A stretch of 64,000 nt of DNA from Octopus vulgaris (taxonomy: Eukaryota): contig OX597817.1 in assembly GCA_951406725.2 (NCBI GenBank), positions 149,854,001 to 149,918,000 of the forward strand, read 5' to 3'. This document shows positions 24,644-35,290 of this stretch, piece by piece (within the stretch, counting starts at the first letter, position 1; each line of letters starts with the position of its first letter). The translations under genes were made by a program, and so were the position numbers. The notes under the pieces are model-generated. The model made no database searches and was not told where the DNA came from. It saw only the letters and a list, made by a program, of their open reading frames with translations.

Positions 24644-25400
24644 TCATCATCATCATCATCGTTTAGCGTCCGCTTTCCATGCTAGCATGGGTTGGACGGG
24701 TCAACTGGGGTCTGTGAAGCTGGAAGGCTTCGTCAGGCCCAGTCAGATCTGGCAGTGTTTCTACGGCTGGATGCCCTTCCTAACGCCAACCACTCCGCGA
24801 GTGTAGTGGGTGTTTTTTACGTGCCACCTGCACAGGTGCCAGACAGAGCTGGCAAACGGCCATGAACGGATGGTGCTTTTACGTGTCACCAGCACGGGGC
24901 CAGGCGATGCTGGCAACGGACACGAACGGATGGTGCTTTTACGTGCCACCGACACGGGGCCAGACAGAGCTGGCAACCGGCCACGAACGGACGGTGCTTT
25001 TACGTGTCACCGGCACGGGGGCCAGCCGAGGCTGGCAACGGACGCGAACAGATGGTGCTTTTACGTGCCACCGACACGGTTGCCAGACAGAGCTGGCAAA
25101 CGGCCACGAGCGGACGGTGCTTTTACGTGTCTCCGGCACGGGGGCCAGCCGAGGCTGGCAACGGACACGAACGGATGGTACTTTTACGTGCCACCAACAC
25201 GGGGCCAGACAGAGCTGGCAAACGGCCACGAACGGACGGTGCTTTTATGTGTCACCGGCACGGGGCCAGGCGAGGCTGGCAACGAACACAAACGGATGGT
25301 GCTTTTACGTGCCACCGACACGGGGCCAGGCAGAGCTGGCAAACTGCCACGAGCGAATGGTGCCTTTACGTATCACCGGCACGGGTGCCAGACGAGGCTG
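24644..25400 (-). repeat. Family C element with expanded approx 61-bp tandem array (about 10 units)
   Basis: unit ggtgcttttacgtg(c/t)caccggcacggggccag...; alternating cagacagagctggcaaacggccacg and gccgaggctggcaacggacacg variants. Confidence 0.9.
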
Positions 25401-26852
25401 ATATAATAATGTAACAGAAATTTCTCTTAATGAAAAGAAAAACATTTAATGCACGGAAACGTGGATCTAACAGCTATCTTTCAGTTTCATTGAAGAGAAA
25501 TTTTCAAAGACTGGACTTCTTTTGTCTTTCACTAGTTTCAGTTATTAGACTGCAGCCATGCTAGGGTACCACCTTGGAAGAAATTTTTAGTCGAATAAAT
25601 CAATCCCAGTACTTTTTTTTAAGCCTGGAACTCATTCTATCAGCCTCTTTTACTATCTTGGGGGATGTAAACACCCCAACAGTGGAAGCAGGGGACAAAC
25701 ATAGGCACAAATCACACACACGCATATATGTATTCTATCAGTTTCCATCTACTCACAAGGCTTTGGTAAACCCAGGGCAATAGTAGAAGGCACTTGCCCA
25801 ATATACCATGCAGTGAGACTGGACTAGGAGCCATGTGGTTGCGAAACAAACTTATCACACAGCCACACCTGCACCTTGGCATGCGGTGGGGCTGAACCCA
25901 GAACCATATGGACTAATTATGATTAGTTTTAGAATATATAGTTAATAGACAAAAGGATCTTATGAAAATCATTTGGGAACAAGATACAAGATACAAAAAA
26001 TAGTGGAATATGGACAGAAAGCAGAATAGAAAAATTGCATTTATCAAATAAAGTGGAAATTGGGGATTGGAAATAATTTTGAGAAAAGAACGGTTTACGT
26101 TTGGTAGTTACCGTATTTTAACATGTATAAGGAACCCTTTTTTTGTCAAAAATTAGGTTAAAAAACATGGGAGTTTCTTATACATGGATAGTATTATAAT
26201 CCCTTACAAAACCGTTTTTTCCAAATTTAAGCCCCCAAAATTAGGATGGGGTCCTTATACATGTTAAAATACAGTATATGATTTAAATGTATAGTGTAAG
26301 GGACATAACTAGTAAATATTTTTGTAAAATGCAAGAACATAATGTATAATATACGAAATTTAATGAATAACATTACGTAGCATTATATCCAAGTGTGAAG
26401 GAAAATGATAAGAGGATTAAGTATTTTACTAATTTCTAAGTGTTAAATGTGGGGAATCATATTATATATGAGATAACATTGAAATTGAGAGAATATGATA
26501 AATTAAATTAGTATATCTAATATAATGATTAGAAAATATTGATTACATAAGTATAATGGAACTGTGAAAAAGAAAAACAGTATTGATTAATTTAAAGAGT
26601 ATATTGTATAGCAGAGACTGTAAGGGCTTGGGAAATTAGACTAAATATTGTGTAACAATATGATGATAAGTTGCAGTTGATAAAATGATTAGGAGATGAA
26701 ATTAGTTCTTCAATATATATTTATTGTTATTTTAGAAAGAAATGCTAGATATGATGGTTTGATAAAGTTCATTCCACAAAAAACATGTAGTTGGGGTGCA
26801 TAAGTGTTTTTCCGTGTAGCATGAGAATGGTCAGCAAGTGTTTGCATAGATA

Positions 26853-27390
26853 TTGGGTTGTCCAGAAAGTTCATGCCGATTTATAGTAGCTTACTATTTT
26901 AGAACATGGATTTGACTACACCTCCATTTAGAGCATAGTTTAAGCTATCTTTTCGTGGAAGAAGATTTATGTTCCTATAACCTGTTAATTCTGTAACCCT
27001 TTAAAATAGAAGATAAGAAAGTTCATTTTCGGCACTTGATGTTTTGAGAACCAGACAAGAATTGCTGCAGCTCGGCTGAGATGTGTTACCCCCACCCTCC
27101 ATATTCACCAGATATTGCCCCTTTGGATTTCCACTTATTCAGGTCTTTGCAGAATAGTCTTAATGGTAAAAATTTCAATTCTTTGGATGACGTAAAAAGA
27201 TACTTTGATGAATTCTTTGCCATGAAACCACCTCAATTCTGGGAAGAGGGTATTTTCAAGTTAAAAGAAAGATGGAAATGCATTGTGCAACAAAATGGTT
27301 CATATTTGGTTGGTTAAAAATGTAATGGCAAGTATTTATTGACGTTTTTCTTTCCTTTAAAGATCGGCACAAACTTTCTGGACAACCCAA
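26853..27390 (+). mobile_element. Internally deleted mariner element
   Basis: TIR TTGGGTTGTCCAGAAAGTT, TA TSD; HPPYSPDIAPLDFHLFRSLQNSL..ERWKCIVQQNGSY (YSPDLAPxD motif). Confidence 0.95.
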
Positions 27391-28189
27391 TATATTCCCA
27401 GACAAATTAGGTTGTCAAAAAAGAACCAATTGAATATCCTGCACATGGCAAAAATTCTGTTGGTCTTTCAGTTACAATATCAGTTAGAGAAAGTATTTCA
27501 TTTGCAATCATGCTTTGTCACTCACAACTACCTTTTCATTCCTATGGTCTTTATTTGTCAATAGCATCTTGTCTCATAGACTTCACACTGATCATCTTGT
27601 TTTACTTCAGTTTCATCTGCTATATGTTACCAATTGTCAGTTGCCAATGACAAGACTGATTGGTCAGATTTATGCTGATGTCATCACATCTGCAAGCTGT
27701 TTTGACCAAATTCCTTTTTGTTTATGACAAAATACTGGTTATTGTTTGCAACTGCTCATGTCTGGAAACTGAAGTGTTCCATGCTTCAATCATAGTATAA
27801 GGTCTGCCCCAAGCTATTATATGGCATTGTTTAATTTCAATGAAAAAGAGATTGATTAGCAAGGAGTCATAAATGAATATGAACAAGGGAGGTCACTAGC
27901 ATCTGGGAAAAAATAATAGGAAAACTATTAAATGGAGATTACAATTTTGCCACCTAATTAGTGTCTGATAAGGTTGTTCACTTTGTGTTGCAGTGTTCTT
28001 TAAGGGTTTTATTGGAAAGAAATTTCTAAGAGTTATACTTCATCAAAAGTTTCAGCTCAAATTGTAAACACCCCAACCTCATCTAAGCATGTAATACAAT
28101 ATTGTTATATTTACATTCTTGAATTTTGTTACGTATTTTTATACAAAAAAAATCAGAATTCTACATACAAATTCCAAAAACTTGTATTA

Positions 28190-28412
28190 CAGTAATTCCT
28201 CGCCATATCGCAGTTCACCTATCATGGTTTATTATTTAAGCTTACGTCAATTCCTCTGTGGTGTTGTTTTGCATTTATAATAACATAAATATATACAAAT
28301 TATAAAAATAATTTTTAAAACTATACAGTTCAGTATTGTTCCTACTTGGCAGATTTCCACTTATTGCAGGGGGTTTGGGAATGTAACACCCATGATAGTC
28401 AAGGGATTACTA
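28190..28412. mobile_element. Tigger-like MITE
   Basis: TA-CAGTAATTCCTCG ... CAAGGGATTACTA-TA imperfect TIRs. Confidence 0.65.
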
Positions 28413-30156
28413 TAATTGTTGAGCATGATGAACACTTATCAAAGGGTTTCCAGTTGTGAACACCAACAATTTGTTCTTAAAGCTGTGGAGTGACATTTAA
28501 CAGCCATTTTTAGCAGAGCATGTGATATTTGCATTAAAGGATCCATTGTGATATGTAAAGTTCCGCTCTTCTGTAGCCATATTCCTGCAACAACACAGAC
28601 AACATTTAGGTTTGCACCACACTTATATGTGTTCAATTACACTCAGTTACTTTATTTCCAATTAAACACAGGAATAAGAAAAAAGATTATACACATTATA
28701 CCCATCAAGCTGAGCAAAATCACAGTGGTGGCAGATATTGGTGTCACGCAAGTGGCACCCATGCCAATGGCACATAAAAGCACCCATTACACTCTCAGAG
28801 TGGTTGGCATTAGCAAGGGCATCCAGCCATAAAAAAACATACCAAATCTGACTAGAGTCAGGTGCAGCCTTCCAGCTTACCAGCCCTGATCAAACCATCC
28901 AACCCATGCCAGCATGGACAACGGGCGTTAAATGATGATGATGATGATGACGAAGAAGAAGTACATTATATGGGTACCATATTTTAACTTCTTTCAGATC
29001 AACTCTATGGTTGTTTATATTTTGGTCAAGAGAATTACCATATGAGACATAAAACTTGTCCATTTGGCTCTAATGTTTCTGTGTTATTAAAAGTGGCACA
29101 CCACGGCTATGGCTTTGTTGTTGTCCACTCATTGCAAACTGTTGACACGTGGGTGAAAGTTTAATATTTCTCTCATACTTCAAGGAGAGTTTTCATTTAG
29201 ATAATTAAAAAAAAAGAACGATTTTTCTTAAGGGACAATGTTGAGAGTGCATAATGACTGGCAAAGGAAGTGGTTCCAAGGTGAGGATAACTTGTAGCAC
29301 AAAAGTGGAGATGGAATATGTGCAGTTTTGCTATTATATAATTACAGCAGCTGAATGGATAGTTATAAAGAGGAAGGAGGGATAGATCTGTAGTGGATGC
29401 TTAGTGAAATTCTTTCTCTCTCTCTGACATATATAACATAAATATGGATGTAGCAGATAACAGCTAACCTTCGGATGCTTGAAACCCTTTTGTGTCCACT
29501 ACTCTGATTGGTTGGTATTGGCGCAGTTTGTCTCTTGCTGTATTACACGCCAATATGCAACCCAACCAATCGCAACCTTCTGATAAGGTCCCATGACACA
29601 GTCTTCTAAATGCTCTGTTTGAGCCTATAATTTGCTATAAAAGCTTCAGCGATTCACCGTATTTTGTCTTTGGTTCTAGACCACTGAACACAAAGCACTC
29701 ATCTTAGTTCCAGCAACACAGCCAGTTCCAGCGATAGACAACATCAATTCTGGACCTCCGCCGCCTTCGCCTTCATCTTATTGACGTCAACAACAAATCT
29801 ACTTACACAGTAACTTCGCCAAGGTTTAACTTTACGCTGTTTGTGAATACTTCACCAAGGTTAACAGCCAGACCTACCTGCGAGAATTTCCTGTACCAAG
29901 TAACCTGGCACAGCATAGGAGCCACAACCTCTACACAACATGTGTAGTAACCGGTTCTGCCATTTTCACCTCAACTTCTTTGTTACAGAACTTCAACTAT
30001 TGTGTATCTAACTACGAACTGGTATTTAAATCCATCTTGTGTCTGAACATTCATTTTGCATCCTATTGTAAACACTTTCTATGCTCTGTACTCTATGCTC
30101 TATCCTAGATAGAGAAAAATATTAGATTTATAAGCCCTAAAATTCATTCCATAATT

Positions 30157-30432
30157 GCCCGTGGGCTTATGGCATGGTGGTTAAGAGCACAGGCTACTAA
30201 CCCCAAGATTCCAAGTTCGATTCCAAGCACTAACAATAATAATTATCATAACATCAAAAAATACCTTCAGAATGAGAACCCAGGTTCGAAATTTCCCCAA
30301 GACACCTGATGAAGGCTGGAGGGTATATCAGCTGAAATGTTGTGTTAACAACATACAAGTTGAGGACAAATATCCATCAAATGTAAATAATGTAAATAAA
30401 GCTCATAATACCTCATGTCTTAAATATAGAAC
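30157..30432 (+). mobile_element. tRNA-headed element containing a type I hammerhead motif
   Basis: A-box tggcatggtggttaagag, B-box gttcgattcc (30215-30224); hammerhead 30301-30346. Confidence 0.75.
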
Positions 30433-31394
30433 AATAAGAGCAGTGTTCTCAGAAGCCAAACATGGTGAGACGACCATGGAAGTTAAATAAAATAAACTAA
30501 CAATCACACTAATGGTTGTGCCCGAGCATGGCCATTCATTCTGGCTTGAAACAAGTATAAATAAATCAAAAGCAAAACAAAATCATAAAATATTTTTCTG
30601 CAATATTTTTATTGATTTGTAATATTTTCTGTTTACAGTAAATATTTTGGCTGTTTTCTTTCATTTCTTTTGCTTCTAAATCAGTTTGATGTATTTTCTT
30701 TTTTCCATAAAACATTGTTGGGTCACTGACATTAAATATCTTACAATGGAACAAGCGTCTTAGTCTGTATAGAGACAATCTCTGAAATTGTGTATGAATA
30801 TGTGTGTATGAGTAGTTTATAGTGTACACATGTATATATTTATATAATGTATGAGAGTATCTTTATATTATAAAGGATATATTTATTCATTTCATTGATT
30901 TTTTTTTAATGGAAATTAATATCAAATGTATATATATATAAATAATTACAATTAAACAAAAACACAAGATTTGGTAACTCCTGAAGCCAGTTTAGTTTAA
31001 AATGCATGAATCGTGTCCCATCACTAGCTATGAAACATTTGTCTTCCAATTTTACCTGTTTACATGCACAAAATCGCATGCGCAGACACACACTGCATCT
31101 TACACTGTCCCATCTCTCTTCCCTCTTATATACAAACAAACACAATAATTTCTGACGTAGGAACACAAAGAAGTTGACTACCTTTGTAAATCTTTTAGAA
31201 TGGTTTTCCAATTTCGAGTGGCAACAGCGTTGGTTGGCCAAGGGATGAAAAATGCATGATAATGTGATGCAATGGCTTCTCAAGAAACTTAATTTTTCTT
31301 GTGCTTCTCTTTAGAGAGAGAGAAACTATGGTTGCTTAGATTTTGTCAGTATACATAGAGTAATTTCTCTTCAATATAAATATTAAGTTCTATA

Positions 31395-32241
31395 TTCTGT
31401 TGTGTCTGGGGAGAGTCATTTTCTTTTTGTGCCTTATAATTTAACACACTCACTGGTAAAATTTCCACTTATTTCTATTTTCCGAAAATTTTCGTTGCAT
31501 CTTGCAACTTTTTCAATAGTCTTGACTCTGCCCGTTATTTACACTGCATTCCTTTTTGTTTGTTTGTGTGCATGTGTGTGGGTAAGTGTGTGTACCTATG
31601 CATACATACATGTATGTATGTATGTTTGCATGTGTGTGTATGTATATATGTGTGTCTATGCATATGTATATATGTATGTATGTGTGTGCATCTGTATGCA
31701 TGTATTCTGCATATTCATGCGCTTGCATGTCCGTGTTTGTGTATTTTTTATGTATGTGTGTGTGTGAGCGTGTGTTTGTATATGTATGCACCCGTCTCCT
31801 TTTGTGTGCATGTGTGTGTGTGTGTGTTATGCAACTATGTACCATGTTTGTATGCATGGATGTGCATCTTCATATGTGTGGACATGTGTCTCCATATGTG
31901 TCCTTGCGTGAAGTAAAGTATGTGTGTATATATGATTATGTGTTTCAGTCTCCATTTGCGTATGTGTGCTTGTCTGTTCATATAACCTATGTACCTATCC
32001 GTCTGTATGTTGATGTTTATTTTCATATCCATATGCTTACATGCATGTGCATACACACACACTCACACCCACACATACATACATCAATCTACATAACAGC
32101 CCACTAACTATTCTACTCTACCAGTGTAAACTGTGTTAAATTATAAGGCACAAAAAGAAAATGACTCTCCCTAGACACAACAGAATATGCTTCAACACAC
32201 AAACTCATATAAAGAATCTTGCAAACCAAATCCAAAAACGA
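31395..32241. mobile_element. Inverted pair of ttctgttgtgtctgggg-family ends enclosing approx 600 bp of simple-repeat DNA
   Basis: 16-bp TSD aatattaagttctata at 31379-31394 and 32242-32257. Confidence 0.75.
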
Positions 32242-32407
32242 AATATTAAGTTCTATAGTTTGGGGATAATTTTAGTGACTTGAATACTGCAGTGGGTATA
32301 TAGGTGCATATATGTGCATCTGTGTTTTGTCTGTACATACACACACATATATATATATATATATAACATTTGTAGAAAACATAAATCCGGAGAAGAAACA
32401 CACTCTA

Positions 32408-32595
32408 AGAAAATGGAGATGGCCTGTTTATGGGGTTACCTTAGATTTCCCATCCATAAAGTGTTTAACTTTATGGGGTGTTGTCAGACCCCAAAACCTG
32501 TAGGCCAACAGGTTTTGGGATCTGATGATGCACCATAAAGCTAAACCCTTTATGGACAGGAAATCTAAGGTAACCCAATAAACCACCCTTCTCCA

Positions 32596-32600
<5 letters not shown>
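32408..32600. repeat. Imperfect approx 190-bp fold-back (MITE-like hairpin)
   Basis: arms aaatggaga..ttaccttagatttcc..cccaaaacctgt / acaggttttggg..ggaaatctaaggtaac..tctccattt. Confidence 0.85.
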
Positions 32601-32639
<39 letters not shown>

Positions 32640-32670
32640 ACATACATATACATATGTATAAATATATATA

Positions 32671-32947
32671 GTGTGCTCCTGTAATCCAGCAACTCGGAGG
32701 CTTCGTTGGTTGGTCAGTTTGAGGATGGGAGTCCTGGTAATCAGTCATCTATGGTCATAAGGTGTTCACGCATCAATATGGTGCTGGCAAAGGAGTTCAT
32801 CAGGACCAGGTTGTCTAAGGAGGGTCGATTCAACCCAGGGCAGAAACACAGTAGACAAAAGACCCCATGTTGGGCAGTAGTGGGAACAAGTCTGTGAACA
32901 ATCATAGGCTGGCAGCCTGTTCAATATAATTGAACTAACACCTTTTT
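32671..32947 (+). pseudogene. 7SL (SRP RNA) pseudogene
   Basis: colinear with metazoan 7SL: cctgtaatccagcaactcggaggct, gcatcaatatggtg, accaggttgtctaaggaggg, cagtagtggga, cagcctg; ends in T5; 5' end missing and internal deletion. Confidence 0.85.
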
Positions 32948-33200
32948 ATTGTAAAGGCAGTGCCCCAGCATGGCCACAGATCTGGTTGAAGCCATTAAAA
33001 GCATGAAAGAACACGCATATATACAGGTACAGGCGTGGCTGTGTGGTAAGATGTTTGCTTCCCAACCACATGGTTCCGGGTTCAGTCCCACTGTAAGGCA
33101 ATTTGGGCAAGTGTCTTCTACTATTGCCTTTGGCCTTGTGAGTGGATTTGGTACATGGAATCTGAAAGAAACCCATCGTATATATATATATATATATATA

Positions 33201-34141
33201 TACTCAAAGAAATTCCAACTATGTTTCATTTTCACATTTTATTTACAATCTTGTAATAATATAATATAATGAAATAATAGAATATTAAAAATGTTCATTC
33301 TGATTGAAATAGTACTTTCATGCATTAAACTATGGAATCTTCAGGGTCATGCAGTAGTGGTGACAGTTGTGTTTTACAATTTACAACTGTAGTGAGACGT
33401 CTAAACTTTGTGCCTTAAATACATTTGTATAGGCTCCAGAATGTTAATTTTTGCAAACTGTATTCTGACCAACCAGTGTGTAATTTTACTAAATTACTTA
33501 AGTTGATTGGTGTTTGGTTTAGGCATCACAGTTTGTTGAACATGTCATAAGACCTGTATTTTGACCCTAGCCAAAGCAGTAATTGTTGGGCTACTTTTAG
33601 AAATGTTGTAAACGACATCTGCCAGGGTGTTTAGAGCAGTGGTTTTTCAACCAGGGTTCTGCGGAACCTTAGGGTTCCGCCAGTACAGTGCAGGGGTTCC
33701 GCAAGCAGTTACAAAACTGCTAAAATTGGCAGTAATTTTTAATTCTCCCATGCAGATATGTGTGCATAAGACTATTAAATTATTGCACAGGGGTTCCTCG
33801 AGCCAGTGGAATGTTTCCTTGGGGTTCCGCTCCCGCAAAAAGTTTGAAAAGCACTGGTTTAGAGATTCTATCCAGATTATGAAACAATTGTCAAGGTATC
33901 TCTTCCAAGCCCTTTGAAAATAATTTCTAAATCCAGTGCTATAGTTTTCCTCTACCTCTTGTGAAACATAACTGTCACCACTACTATAGGAACCTGAAGA
34001 CTACATAGTTTAATGCATAAAAGTACTAGTTCAATCAGAATGGACATTTAATATTCTATCATTTCATTATATTATATTATATTATATTATATTATATTAT
34101 TAAAATGTGAAAATCAGACAAAGTTGAAATTCATTTGAGTA
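33201..34141. mobile_element. Old DNA transposon with approx 180-bp diverged TIRs
   Basis: tactcaaa...atgcattaaactatg...gtagtggtgacagtt versus aactgtcaccactac...catagtttaatgcat...tttgagta. Confidence 0.75.
33637..33856. mobile_element. hAT (Charlie-like) MITE
   Basis: CAGTGGTTTTTCAA...TTGAAAAGCACTG with perfect 8-bp TSD GTTTAGAG. Confidence 0.92.
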
Positions 34142-34173
34142 ATATATTTTTCCATATGCAATCATACACATCC

Positions 34174-34209
<36 letters not shown>

Positions 34210-34372
34210 TTTATTTTAAGCAGCAGAAAATTCAACAAAATCTGTTACTCTGAGTTTCTCGTTGCCGTTCATCAGACAGTTTTTGCTAGATTCTAGCAAA
34301 AACTGTCTGATGAACGGCAACGAGAAACTCAGAGTAACAGATTTTGTTGAATTTTCTGCTGCTTAAAATAAA
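34210..34372. repeat. Perfect palindrome (81-bp arms, 1-nt spacer) containing a hammerhead motif on each strand
   Basis: arms 34210-34290 / 34292-34372; plus hammerhead core CTGATGA 34307-34313, GAAA 34324-34327, GTA 34334-34336. Confidence 0.9.
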
Positions 34373-34442
34373 GCATATTACTCTACCACTGGTATTTGAG
34401 TACTCTTTTTTCCACCTTGTTTCACATTTATGTGTTTACTCC

Positions 34443-34532
<90 letters not shown>

Positions 34533-34814
34533 TAAATTGTAGGTGCAGGGATGGCTGTGTGGTTAGGAAGCTTTGCTTCCCAGCTACATGGTTTCGGGTT
34601 CAGTCCCACCACATAGCACTTTGGGCAAGTGTCTTCTGCTATAGCCCCGGGCCGACTGAAGCTTTGTGATTGAATTTGGTAGGCGGAAATTACTGCCGCA
34701 TGTGTATATGTGTGTGTAGGTGCTTGTGCCTCTCCAAGAAACAGAGAGAGGGAATGAATATATATATATATATGGTAGTGTGTTTGTGTGTGTGTGCATG
34801 ATTGTGTCAGTGTG

Positions 34815-35290
34815 TGTGTATGTGGTCTGTGTTGGGGTATATATGTGTACTTTGTAAATATATAAATGTAAATGTGTGAGTGTGTGTGTGTATGTATGGT
34901 TTGTGTTGGGGTATATATGTGTGTTTTTTGTGTTGGGGTATATATGTGTATAAATGTGAGTGTGTGTGTGTATAGTTTGTATGGGGTGTATATGTGTACT
35001 TTATGAATAAAAAAATATGTGTATGTGTATGTGGTCTGTGTTGGGGTATATATGTGTACTTTGTAAATATATAAATATAAATGTGTGAGTGTGTGTGTGT
35101 GTGGTTTGTGTTGGGGTATATATGTGTACTTTAAAATATATAACTATAAATGTGTGTGTGTGTGTGTGGTTTGTGTTGGGGTATATATGTGTATTTTGTA
35201 AATATATGAATATGTGTGTGTGGTCTGTGTTGGGGTATATATGTGTAATTTAAAATATATAACTATAAATGTGTGTATGTGTGTGTCTGT
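34815..35290. repeat. Compound minisatellite (tgtgttggggtatatatgtg core, about 8 units)
   Basis: repeated gtttgtgttggggtatatatgtgtac separated by TA/TG runs. Confidence 0.85.

Noticed and set aside
24810-25414. 198-aa and 179-aa repetitive ORFs; CRISPR-like periodicity
   Set aside because: Tandem SINE-internal repeat; units are similar along their whole length with no unique spacers, no cas genes, eukaryotic context
25900-26800. Possible gag-like zinc knuckle remnant of a LINE ORF1
   Set aside because: Only a vague FKC..GH pattern amid stops; not supportable
31402-32107. Cys/Val/Tyr-rich ORFs (also 54030-54379, 56844-57145)
   Set aside because: Translations of TG/TA microsatellites
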